A DNA stretch of 64,000 nt, taken from a virus. Within the stretch, counting starts at the first letter, position 1, and the number at the start of each line of letters is the position of its first letter. The DNA is taken from positions 44,557-108,556 of IMG/VR virus record IMGVR_UViG_3300035670_000069, one strand, 5' to 3'. Under the pieces are notes generated by a model. It was given only the letters and a program-made list of their open reading frames with translations. It made no database searches and was not told the DNA's origin. Shown in pieces: positions 48,783 through 57,462 of the stretch. The position numbers and the translations under genes were made by a program.

Positions 48783-49554
48783 TTTTAGAAATTTTGCCAT
48801 CAATTACTATACAGCAATTTCCAGGTAATCTTTCATTGTTTTTAACAAAATCATATAAATACTTTAATGTTCCCCTAAACACAGATTGTGGATGACCATA
48901 ATCTTCTGAAGTTAAATTATACATCAAAACGGCCTTTCTGTTTTCTCCAAATGTTTCCATTGCTTCTTCCATTAATTCAAAAATGTGATCGCTATATGGG
49001 CCAGGTAAATCTGGTATAACATTTCTTTCTCTGTTTTTAATTAAAAAAACCATTGGGTTAACTCTATTTTTTAACTCTTTCCATTCATGGCCTCTGTCCC
49101 AACTATCAAAAGACAAAAACCCTTCAAAAGAAAATTTATGCAAACATCCAGCAATAGCAACAGCAGAAAGTACAACTGAAGGTCCAGGTGTAGCATATAT
49201 ATTTATATCATTTTTTATTGCTTCTCTTATTAGAAGTTCTCCTGGATCTGCTATTCCTGGCATTCCCTCATCAGAAACTAAATAAACATCTTCTCCATTT
49301 TTTAAAATATTTATAATTTTATCTAAATTTTCTAACTCTAAAGATTTTCCTGGCTCTCCAGCCAAAGAGACATATTCGATTGGGATTAATTCTCCAGTTG
49401 GATTTGGCGCATTAAATTTTTTTAACTGATCAAATAAAATATCTATCTGCTCTACAACTAAATATTTTGCTTTTTGTATAGACTCTATAAAAAATGGCGA
49501 TGCATCTTTTTTATTTCCGATTGGCCCACCAACTATGTACAAAGTTCCGCTCAT
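48775..49554 (-). CDS. RsmI-like (tetrapyrrole-methylase fold) methyltransferase
   Basis: TLYIVG.PIGN..D, LVSDEGMPGIADPG, PGPS, F.FEGFL. Confidence 0.82.
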   Translation of the reverse strand: MSGTLYIVGGPIGNKKDASPFFIESIQKAKYLVVEQIDILFDQLKKFNAPNPTGELIPIEYVSLAGEPGKSLELENLDKIINILKNGEDVYLVSDEGMPGIADPGELLIREAIKNDINIYATPGPSVVLSAVAIAGCLHKFSFEGFLSFDSWDRGHEWKELKNRVNPMVFLIKNRERNVIPDLPGPYSDHIFELMEEAMETFGENRKAVLMYNLTSEDYGHPQSVFRGTLKYLYDFVKNNERLPGNCCIVIDGKISKII

Positions 49555-49634
49555 TAGTATATATATCCTTTAGGTTTTTTTAATTCTTTTTTAATTTTTC
49601 TAATTAAAAGCCACTGTTTTATTTTTTTAATCAT
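49554..49634 (-). CDS. Tiny basic peptide (not in ORF track)
   Basis: MIKKIKQWLLIRKIKKELKKPKGYIY fills the gap with overlaps at both ends. Confidence 0.4.
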   Translation of the reverse strand: MIKKIKQWLLIRKIKKELKKPKGYIY

Positions 49635-50643
49635 GTTCTATCCATCCCCTTTTTACTAATTGGTCATAATATTGTTCTGCCCAATCATTCTGTAATAATC
49701 TTCCAGGATGTCTATCTCTAAAACTTATATCATCATGTTTTAGGGTGAGTCCATTTTTTATAACGTTTTGTGCCAAGTCTGTAGCAGATACTGGCTTTAA
49801 ATAGAAAAAGGTTTCTGTAAATAAACTTGAACAATGTATATTGATTGACTCTATATAATGCCAGGTAGTCCATAATAATTTTGTACCTATTGAATTGCAA
49901 TACTCTTGAAAAAGCATCATGGCAGTTAGAAAAACTGGAAAATGAACTCTGTGCATTTGCAGATCAGATTCTTCATAGTTAGTTTTTATTACATTATCTC
50001 CATATGGAACTTTTTGATGATATATCCAATCACTTTCCCAAAACCTTAGTATATTTGGCATATGAATTACTAATATATCTGGCGCTCCATAATTAACCAC
50101 GTATTCTCTAAAATTATGTACAATCTTATGCCAGCCACTTCCACCCCTACCTAAATTATAATATCCACTAACATTATTTTTTTCTTTAATTTTATTGTAT
50201 AAGATATGGCTCCAAGTGTCTTCTATGTTTCCCCCAACCCCTTCTGTGTTTGAACATCCAGAAAAAACAATATGTAGCCCGTCATGGTTTTTAGAAAATT
50301 CGTCACATCTAAACCAATCAGAGTTATACTCATATCTAACTTTCCATGTTTTTCTATCTTCTTCTATATAAGATAACTCAGGAGGAATAAAATCTAAAAC
50401 ATGCTTATTGTTTTCTAATCTATAATTTGTCTCATGCCCCAAGATATCTATTATTTCTAAATTTTCTCGTCCCATATAGGCAGCCTCAGCCCACGTTCTA
50501 TCAAAAGTATAAAATGGCAATGATAAAAAATTTTGATAATTAATTATATATGGTGATCTGGAATCTTTAGAATAAACAGAATGTGATTGAGAAATATCAT
50601 TAAAATTTGATTCACATAGCCTTAAATAATCATCATGCTTCAT
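49627..50643 (-). CDS. SGNH-hydrolase-like protein, paralogue of 33975
   Basis: YNSDWFRCDEF..FSGCSNTEG.G..TW..YNLG; DRHPG. Confidence 0.6.
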   Translation of the reverse strand: MKHDDYLRLCESNFNDISQSHSVYSKDSRSPYIINYQNFLSLPFYTFDRTWAEAAYMGRENLEIIDILGHETNYRLENNKHVLDFIPPELSYIEEDRKTWKVRYEYNSDWFRCDEFSKNHDGLHIVFSGCSNTEGVGGNIEDTWSHILYNKIKEKNNVSGYYNLGRGGSGWHKIVHNFREYVVNYGAPDILVIHMPNILRFWESDWIYHQKVPYGDNVIKTNYEESDLQMHRVHFPVFLTAMMLFQEYCNSIGTKLLWTTWHYIESINIHCSSLFTETFFYLKPVSATDLAQNVIKNGLTLKHDDISFRDRHPGRLLQNDWAEQYYDQLVKRGWIEHD

Positions 50644-51337
50644 TGTTTTTCCTTATATATATATCATAAAATCCTAAATTATGCAATGCAATTGCATCTA
50701 CAGACCAATTTTTATTTTTATCTAAAAACTCATTCACTGTTTGAAAAGTCCCGTATGGCATATCTTCAATTATACCATCATAGATTAGATAATCATTTAA
50801 ACCTATAATGCCACCAACATCTACTAAATTGGCACAGTGTTTTATACATTCCCTGGTTTGATATCTATCATTGCTAATATCAATATATATAAAGTCATAT
50901 TTTTTATTTAAAGATGGAAGGATATCTAATGCGTCACCTTTGACGGTGTTTACGTTTTTTCTATCTTTAAATAAATCAATTATATATTTTTCATGAGTTT
51001 CTGGTGTATATAAAAGTTCATGCTTAAAGCCTTCACACTGACAACTGCCAAATTTTCTCCAAGACCAACATTTTAAATCTTGATTGTATAAGTCTAATAA
51101 GTCTGCCGATGAAGCATCAGATTCTTCTATAAACATTTTTGCCGAATAGCCCCAAGCAACTCCTACCTCTAAATACTTAATTCCCCTTTTTAGACTTTTA
51201 GCATATTCTTCTCTAGAACTAAAAAGTTTTGCACCCAATAATTGGTTTTGAGATATTTTTGGGCTATCCTCTATTTGATCATTATTGATAATTTTAATTT
51301 CGTTTTCATTAAATGGAGGAACTGGTTTTTTAGGCAT
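50633..51337 (-). CDS. Class I SAM-dependent methyltransferase
   Basis: YLEVGVAWGYS, YDFIYID, GGIIGLNDY. Confidence 0.82.
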   Translation of the reverse strand: MPKKPVPPFNENEIKIINNDQIEDSPKISQNQLLGAKLFSSREEYAKSLKRGIKYLEVGVAWGYSAKMFIEESDASSADLLDLYNQDLKCWSWRKFGSCQCEGFKHELLYTPETHEKYIIDLFKDRKNVNTVKGDALDILPSLNKKYDFIYIDISNDRYQTRECIKHCANLVDVGGIIGLNDYLIYDGIIEDMPYGTFQTVNEFLDKNKNWSVDAIALHNLGFYDIYIRKNNEA

Positions 51338-52006
51338 TTATGTATTCCTTAAAATTAAATCACGACAGGATAAATATTTTGAATGCAAATCTTTAAAAAT
51401 ACTAAAAGAGTTTACCATTTCTTTTGCTTCATAATATACATCTGGCTTAGTCTCTACTGGTACAGCATTGTTATATCCAATATGTCCTTTATTATGAATA
51501 ATGATTCTGTCTTTTGCTAACCTAATTAATTCTTCTATGTCTGAATTATTTGCATCGACGTTTATAAGTTTTTTTACAACCAAAGATATATCTTGAGTAA
51601 CCTGTTCAAATGTAAATGGATATAAATTTTCAAAATTATTCTCTATTCCATACATGTATCTTTCATAAACCTCTGCTTGATCAAAAACTAATGTTCTAAG
51701 ATCTGGAACATTGTGTTCATGTGGCATTGGTATATTTGAAGTAATAGTATTACCCATACCACCCATTGTTTTGGTAACAATTGATGGGATTATGTCATAA
51801 GGATTTCTTAATATTACGGTTTGTTTGATATCCTCAAATTTTGATAATAAAAAAACAGGAGAGTTGGCTCTAATTATAAAATTTTTTCTATTAACTTCTC
51901 CTATACTAATATTTTCATCATATCCTTTATAATGATAAAGTATAAACTGAAGCCACGCATGAGCGCTTCTAGGCTCAGAATTAATTACTATTCTTACTGG
52001 ATCCAT
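51338..52006 (-). CDS. Sulfotransferase-like protein
   Basis: PRSAH N-terminal motif, LRNPYD..S, FEQV. Confidence 0.55.
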   Translation of the reverse strand: MDPVRIVINSEPRSAHAWLQFILYHYKGYDENISIGEVNRKNFIIRANSPVFLLSKFEDIKQTVILRNPYDIIPSIVTKTMGGMGNTITSNIPMPHEHNVPDLRTLVFDQAEVYERYMYGIENNFENLYPFTFEQVTQDISLVVKKLINVDANNSDIEELIRLAKDRIIIHNKGHIGYNNAVPVETKPDVYYEAKEMVNSFSIFKDLHSKYLSCRDLILRNT

Positions 52007-52166
52007 TAGAACCTTCCTTTAATATTTTAATTATACCACTAACTATTTCCGAATAGTCTATATCTAATATCATATTTTTATCTTTTAAAGTATAAATTTT
52101 AATATCTTTCATTGCATTAAATAGATATAATTCTATTTTTTTTGCAATATCATCATAATTAATCAA
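51981..52166 (-). CDS. Hypothetical protein
   Basis: TTG start overlapping the upstream stop. Confidence 0.45.
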   Translation of the reverse strand: MINYDDIAKKIELYLFNAMKDIKIYTLKDKNMILDIDYSEIVSGIIKILKEGSNGSSKNSN

Positions 52167-52722
52167 AACTAAGCCTCGATTTATTTTTTGTTTTTGTTCC
52201 CCAAACTGGAATGGCATATCTAAATCCAGAAATTATTTCTTTTATTTCATGAATATAGGGAGATGGAAAAATTACTAAACTACCACGCTTAGGTTTATAA
52301 CAATAACTTAATTCTGGAAAACATAATTCTCCTCCAGAAAAATTATCATTTAAATATATTACCCCACTTAACGATATTGCTTCAGCCCCTTTATGATTGT
52401 CTGGATGAGGACCCAACATTGTCTGTGGACCCATTACTGAAATCCATATTGCATAAGGAAAAATTTCTTCTTTTATAGAATAAAAAGATAATGCCTCATC
52501 TATAAATTTTTCATAATATTTTTTTAAAATATGAATAATTTCAGCATGCTCTTTTATATCGTGGTTTTCTGGTGGTTGTGAATCCCACCTATCTCTTCTA
52601 TTAGACTTTCTAAATTTTTTATTATTGTTTTTGTTAGCGTCAATATAATTAATTAAAATATTGATATCATCTTCTGAAATAAAATCAGGAATTTCTTTAA
52701 TGCATTCTAGAGTGTGATCCAT
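52159..52722 (-). CDS. Prolyl-4-hydroxylase-like 2OG-Fe(II) oxygenase
   Basis: HPD, IYLNDNFSGGELCF, FPS..HEI..G.RY. Confidence 0.88.
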   Translation of the reverse strand: MDHTLECIKEIPDFISEDDINILINYIDANKNNNKKFRKSNRRDRWDSQPPENHDIKEHAEIIHILKKYYEKFIDEALSFYSIKEEIFPYAIWISVMGPQTMLGPHPDNHKGAEAISLSGVIYLNDNFSGGELCFPELSYCYKPKRGSLVIFPSPYIHEIKEIISGFRYAIPVWGTKTKNKSRLSFD

Positions 52723-52918
52723 CACAAAATGGTGCCCTCCCAGATTGACCACAAACACATTTCTTTTTCCATTTAAGTTGTTCTTTATTTAAATCAATAT
52801 TAATAGAGCCTTTTAAAATAAAAACTTTATAGATATCATCATTAATTTCTTGTATTTCTGCAGCATAACCATTGTACAATTCATGGTTTTGTATTAAAAC
52901 ATAATCTCCTATTTTCAT
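52697..52918 (-). CDS. CDGSH iron-sulfur protein with KOW-like N-terminus
   Basis: CVCGQSGRAPFCDGSH; AGGAG RBS before MKIGD. Confidence 0.82.
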   Translation of the reverse strand: MKIGDYVLIQNHELYNGYAAEIQEINDDIYKVFILKGSINIDLNKEQLKWKKKCVCGQSGRAPFCDGSHSRMH

Positions 52919-52945
52919 GATTCTCCTTTTGTAACTATTATACAG

Positions 52946-53018
52946 TACCCCTGGTTGGATTCGAACCAACGCTGTCACGATTTTAAGTCGTGTGCCTCTA
53001 CCACTGGGCTACAAGGGC
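52946..53018 (-). tRNA. tRNA-Leu(TAA), short variable loop
   Basis: GCCCTTG/CAGGGGT acceptor, CACGA-CTTAAAA-TCGTG, TTCGAAT. Confidence 0.9.
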
Positions 53019-53022
53019 AAAG

Positions 53023-53096
53023 TAGAGCAGGTAGGACTTGAACCTACGATAGCCGAATTATGAGTTCGGGGCCTTGACCAACTTGGCTACTGCTCC
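53023..53096 (-). tRNA. tRNA(CAT): elongator Met or Ile2
   Basis: GGAGCAG/CTGCTCT acceptor, CCGAA-CTCATAA-TTCGG; lacks initiator GGG/CCC. Confidence 0.9.
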
Positions 53097-53130
53097 TTAG
53101 TCTTTTAACCATTACAGGGACATGCCCAGG

Positions 53131-53610
53131 TCACTCTTTATCTTTCTTAAACCATCCACCTACATTTGGATCTAAGGCTTTACCGTCTAATTGAAGCCCA
53201 TCAGGATATACTGTATGAAATACTCCATCCATAAGGCTACCCTCTTGTTCAACAACAAAACCATTTTCTCTATCAAATAATTGATATTCCATAGAGTGAA
53301 TATTGAACGCTTTTCCTAAGATATAAAATACTTTTTGAACATCCAAAGATCCGCAGGTATATAAATCAAACTGTAATAGTCCTGGATCAACTTCATCCCA
53401 TATATGAAAAGCAATATGGCTAGTCTCAATCATAACAATAGCCGTCAATCCTTTGTTTCCATCCTTATCTACATAAGATGAAAATGGCCCTTTAATAATC
53501 TTCATGTCAATTTCTTGTACTAAATTAGTTAAAAAATCAATAGCCTCTTGTTCGGACTGCATAGGATTTTTAACTTTAGCGTTTACTAATAAGTGCTTGT
53601 GATATATCAT
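53131..53610 (-). CDS. speD: S-adenosylmethionine decarboxylase proenzyme
   Basis: KHLLV, GLTAIVMIETSHIAFHIW, DLYTCG. Confidence 0.88.
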   Translation of the reverse strand: MIYHKHLLVNAKVKNPMQSEQEAIDFLTNLVQEIDMKIIKGPFSSYVDKDGNKGLTAIVMIETSHIAFHIWDEVDPGLLQFDLYTCGSLDVQKVFYILGKAFNIHSMEYQLFDRENGFVVEQEGSLMDGVFHTVYPDGLQLDGKALDPNVGGWFKKDKE

Positions 53611-53688
53611 TTTAATATGCCCTTCCTTGTAGGTAAGCGAGATAGTTAAGTATACCAAACATTAAAAATATCAATCCTATAGCCCATT

Positions 53689-54048
53689 TCATTTATTTAT
53701 AATCCTAAACGCATCGCCTGTTTCTTCATCTTCATAATCCCAAACATAAGCATTGATAAACTCTGGCTTTTCCCAGTATGGGACTCCATCTGAATCGTAA
53801 TCATTCCATCCATCTCCACTCATATCAAAACTCCATTCATAGAATGAACCAAACTTATAATATACTGGCCATGTAATCTTCCAAATAATTGAATGTAATT
53901 TATACCGCCATCCAAAATCTTCTAATTCATCCTGATATGAGATACGCATAATTGCCCATCCTGAGATATCTCCACACATGTTGGCAAACCATCGTAATGG
54001 TGGGCGGGACTTATGAATCTTAATACTAGTTTCTATTTGGTCCACCAC
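53689..54048 (-). CDS. Hypothetical Trp-rich protein
   Basis: 119 aa ORF in minus-strand run. Confidence 0.55.
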   Translation of the reverse strand: MVDQIETSIKIHKSRPPLRWFANMCGDISGWAIMRISYQDELEDFGWRYKLHSIIWKITWPVYYKFGSFYEWSFDMSGDGWNDYDSDGVPYWEKPEFINAYVWDYEDEETGDAFRIINK

Positions 54049-54196
54049 GAACTAACTCCCATTCCCCAGTTTCTTTAGCAACATATACATCTCCTGTTTG
54101 TCTATCAACTAAGATATATTTTTCAGGGCATTTAGTTTTAAGTGTTACAACCACAGATTTTTCTAATTCTGCAAACTCAATAGACTTTCTACTCAT
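54026..54196 (-). CDS. Hypothetical protein
   Basis: MSRKS start coupled to upstream TGA. Confidence 0.55.
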   Translation of the reverse strand: MSRKSIEFAELEKSVVVTLKTKCPEKYILVDRQTGDVYVAKETGEWELVRGGPNRN

Positions 54197-54342
54197 ATTG
54201 CAACTCCAATTAAAATTCCGATAATAAAAGATCCAATTGCCACCGACCAATAAAAAGTGCGTTGAATGTAATTCCTTTCAATTTCTCTTCTGATACTGCG
54301 AGGTATTTGAAAGTCAACATCATAATCATCAATATAAGTCAT
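54193..54342 (-). CDS. Small membrane protein (not in ORF track)
   Basis: 49 aa with C-terminal TM; ATGA overlaps both ends. Confidence 0.55.
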   Translation of the reverse strand: MTYIDDYDVDFQIPRSIRREIERNYIQRTFYWSVAIGSFIIGILIGVAI

Positions 54343-54449
54343 TTATGCTCTTTCTTCACATGTCTATCCATTGTATCATGGGCAAAAATGCCCCATCTTA
54401 ACTCTATGTTTTTGCCACAGATGTTACAAATAACAAATCTTTCTGTCAT
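54339..54449 (-). CDS. Small C2H2-zinc-finger-like peptide (not in ORF track)
   Basis: MTERFVICNICGKNIELRWGIFAHDTMDRHVKKEHK; TATACT-N6-ATG. Confidence 0.55.
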   Translation of the reverse strand: MTERFVICNICGKNIELRWGIFAHDTMDRHVKKEHK

Positions 54450-54472
54450 ACATTAAGTATACCTTAAAATCA

Positions 54473-55030
54473 TCATTTTGTAAAATCTTTAATGCACATT
54501 GAGTCTAAATCATTATAAAAATCTTCAAATATTTTTAAATCAACATTGTTTATTTTTTCTAAGACAGAATTATACTGTAATACATTTTTGCTGCTAACCA
54601 AATGCCTAGAATCTGGGTTATCGATTATAGTATTTGTAAAATTATTATTTTTTATATTAACTTTAAGTTCTTTTGATAAAAATAATATAATCTTTTTAGG
54701 ATTGTCTATCAAATCTAAATATTGTATAAAAATATCTATATTTTTTTTAGCATAATTATAAAATAAAGCATATTCTTTTTTTGCAGCCTCTAAATAAAAA
54801 TCTAATGTTTGTTTTTTTCTTGTTGGATCAATTTCTTCATAATATAATTCCATGCTTATCCAAGATGCCATAGCCTCTTTTGGGTCTCTTATAATTGTTA
54901 TTGTTTTATCAAAATCATGTTTTTTTAAAAGGGAATGGGTCCATCCACATTCAACATCAAGCATTTGTAATATATGTTCTCTTAATAGATGCTGGCCAGA
55001 TCTTGGATAGGTTATAAGTAACACACTCAT
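54473..55030 (-). CDS. Sulfotransferase-like protein
   Basis: TYPRSGQH, IIRDPKEAMAS, YLDLI. Confidence 0.6.
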   Translation of the reverse strand: MSVLLITYPRSGQHLLREHILQMLDVECGWTHSLLKKHDFDKTITIIRDPKEAMASWISMELYYEEIDPTRKKQTLDFYLEAAKKEYALFYNYAKKNIDIFIQYLDLIDNPKKIILFLSKELKVNIKNNNFTNTIIDNPDSRHLVSSKNVLQYNSVLEKINNVDLKIFEDFYNDLDSMCIKDFTK

Positions 55031-55298
55031 AATATAAATGATATCATATTAAATAAGTATTAAAGTTCGGCGCAAAATAGAAATGTTTAACTCCTTATGA
55101 CCTACACGGTCAATAAAGTTTAATATTCTTAATATATGCCGTTGCAGTCAGGACGGCTGTAGAGACTCATATCCACATCTAGCGCACAAAGTGCGGGTAT
55201 ATGAATTATCGTCTATTACAACCTCTATGACAGATACGAATGAACTATGTAAATGCACAATGGATTATTTTACAACCATTTAATGTTACTGGTTAGTA

Positions 55299-55400
55299 TC
55301 AGATAAGTGTAAAGAATACGGCTGCTGCAATAAGAACTAGTGCTGAAAGGACAATCTTCTGCTTTGTTTCCTTAGACCATTCTTTAGTATCAATCGCCAT
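55299..55400 (-). CDS. Small membrane peptide (not in ORF track)
   Basis: 33 aa, AGGAGA RBS, C-terminal TM. Confidence 0.55.
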   Translation of the reverse strand: MAIDTKEWSKETKQKIVLSALVLIAAAVFFTLI

Positions 55401-55408
55401 GATATCTC

Positions 55409-55528
55409 CTATCCCATATGCCTAAATGTAAAATGCTTTGAGCAGACATCAATAATCTTGCCAGTGTCTTTTTCTGGCTGAGTAAATTCTGCCTTAGCAT
55501 CACAGTAATAACATTTATTGTTTGTCAT
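55409..55528 (-). CDS. Small Cys/His peptide (not in ORF track)
   Basis: 39 aa CYYC...CSKH; TATAAT upstream. Confidence 0.5.
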   Translation of the reverse strand: MTNNKCYYCDAKAEFTQPEKDTGKIIDVCSKHFTFRHMG

Positions 55529-55544
55529 AATATTTTATTATACA

Positions 55545-55700
55545 CTATCCGTGAACATACCAAGTAGGTGGTTCTTGTAAATCCAAAGCATCTATAATTT
55601 GTTCTGCAAGATCTTTGGACAATTTGTCCTTGTGCTTGCCTTTAATATAATCGTATATTATTTCTGAGATTATCTCAATCTGGGATTCTTTAGATAGCAT
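55545..55700 (-). CDS. Hypothetical protein (not in ORF track)
   Basis: MLSKESQIEIISE...WYVHG; TATAAT-N7-ATG. Confidence 0.5.
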   Translation of the reverse strand: MLSKESQIEIISEIIYDYIKGKHKDKLSKDLAEQIIDALDLQEPPTWYVHG

Positions 55701-55742
55701 GATGTCCATTATACGGGGTATTTGCGAGGGTATAATAAAGCC

Positions 55743-56060
55743 ATGGACCCCACTATCCTATATATAATATATCACCCCCAATATAATGCCATAAAGGTAG
55801 GAATAGGGGATATTTCTGGGAAAAGGTTTAAAGCCCATAGGACCAAAGGATGGGAATTAGTAGCATATTGGTATTTTCAAGATCGGCGGGGAGCCAGAAG
55901 AGTAGAATCTATAGTAGTAAATACACTAAGGGATAAATATGGACATTTCCTCAATAAGGATAATATGCCATATGGAGGATATACGGAGACATTTAATGCC
56001 AAGAAGATATCCAAAAAGAGATTAATGGCTATGGTCAATAAGGCTATAAAGGGGCTTTAA
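55743..56060 (+). CDS. GIY-YIG-like nuclease
   Basis: LYII..IKVGI..RF..H..E..GYTETF; leaderless. Confidence 0.65.
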   Translation: MDPTILYIIYHPQYNAIKVGIGDISGKRFKAHRTKGWELVAYWYFQDRRGARRVESIVVNTLRDKYGHFLNKDNMPYGGYTETFNAKKISKKRLMAMVNKAIKGL

Positions 56061-56061
56061 T

Positions 56062-56595
56062 CTACCCCGCCTTATGCACAAATATCTGTAGAGTTATCCT
56101 AAAATCTGATTGAACAGGAGATACTCCATGAGGAGTACCTTCCTCAACTAATACTGCAGTGTTGAATGTTGGTGCAATAGCATTCCAGGAATCTCCATCC
56201 TTCCAATGAAAAATACCACCATCATTATATTTCCAATTCGGATTTAAATATACGGTTATTGCCTTGCTATATCCAGTATCTGGATGAGAGGTTATTAATG
56301 ATCCCCTGCCCCATATATTTACTGTGGTTGCTGTTGTGGTTATAGGTTTTTCAATTGTAAAATCTAATACCCCTTTTTCAACCAATATATTTTCTATTTC
56401 TTTTTCCATTTCTTCAGTAGGCCTTATGCATAAAACAAGACCACTGCCAATTCTTAATGGACTAGGCCAAGCAAGATTAGTTGAGATATGCCTTATAGGC
56501 TCTTTTATTTCTTCACCTTTGGCAATAGACAAACCATACTCATATAGCCTATTTGCTAAATCATCTGATATTAATTTGTCGTATTTTGTAATCAT
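56062..56595 (-). CDS. 2OG-Fe(II) oxygenase
   Basis: HPD, TVYLN..W...GG.F, HGVSPV..RITLQ.F. Confidence 0.85.
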   Translation of the reverse strand: MITKYDKLISDDLANRLYEYGLSIAKGEEIKEPIRHISTNLAWPSPLRIGSGLVLCIRPTEEMEKEIENILVEKGVLDFTIEKPITTTATTVNIWGRGSLITSHPDTGYSKAITVYLNPNWKYNDGGIFHWKDGDSWNAIAPTFNTAVLVEEGTPHGVSPVQSDFRITLQIFVHKAG

Positions 56596-56616
56596 AATTT
56601 AATTATACATCATGAA

Positions 56617-57447
56617 TTATCCACAGAAAAATCTTACTGATTATATTTCTAAATAGTCCTAAAGTGGAGTGAAGTGGAGGATAGTGGAGGATGGAGCGTT
56701 TTCGAAGGGGGCGCCGTAAAAACCATAAACCTTCAAACCATATATCCTCATATACCATATATGCCCAATATTGTCAAACCATATATCGTTGGGCATTATA
56801 CATGCAATATAATGGTTTGTCAAATTGGATATATGCATGAATATGCCCATAATGTTTCAGGGATTTTTATCGAAATATCGTAATAAGTTTTAAATAAATC
56901 CAAAAAAGATTTAAAAGGTTTGAAAAAGTTTTAAAACCAAGGAATATGGTTTGTTATTGCTTATTAGGGGTATTTGTGTTATGATCGTAATCTTTTTTAT
57001 TCCCCGCCTGGTGCTGCGCCCGCCATTCGGCCCTGTCAAAAAGCGGCGGGGTAAAAGAAAAATACTTTCCTAATCCAATAACCTTAGTAAAAGCAACAAA
57101 GGCATTATGTAAACCAATATCATCTTCATTTGCTGCTTTTGGAAAATTCATTCTATAAAAATGTCTTGGCATAATATAATCATAACACCATTTATATGGT
57201 TTGAAAATATTTCAGGGATTTTTAATGTTTGATCGTAATACCTTTTTTCAAAATTCTGTTGTATTTTCCCCCCCGAATATTGCGGGGTATAAAAAAGATA
57301 CCCAATACCCTATATACAATAAACCATTATACATTCAATACATATGGTTTGACAAATAGAAAATTATTTGATATATGGTTTGAAGGATATTTCAGGGATA
57401 TCGTAATATTCTTCGTAATAAGATATTTGGAAATTATGGTTTGAAAT
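56617..57447. repeat. Repeat-rich, mostly non-coding region with DnaA box
   Basis: TTATCCACA at 56617; AGTGGAG x3 at 10-bp period; about 8 ATGGTTTG copies in both orientations; TTTCAGGGAT-N12-WTCGTAAT copies. Confidence 0.75.
56954..57172 (-). CDS. Hypothetical protein
   Basis: 72 aa; TATGAT-N6-ATG; lies inside the repeat region. Confidence 0.4.
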   Translation of the reverse strand: MPRHFYRMNFPKAANEDDIGLHNAFVAFTKVIGLGKYFSFTPPLFDRAEWRAQHQAGNKKDYDHNTNTPNKQ

Positions 57448-57462
57448 AGGTCCCGAGAAATC

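Noticed and set aside
52919-52978. N-terminal extension of the CDGSH ORF
   Set aside because: Overlaps tRNA-Leu; a better RBS precedes the start at 52918
54262-54456. Plus-strand 64 aa ORF
   Set aside because: Two coupled minus-strand ORFs explain the region better
56659-57444. ORFs 56659-56850, 56674-56883 and 57229-57444
   Set aside because: Translations of the repeat motifs; no start signals or protein-like features
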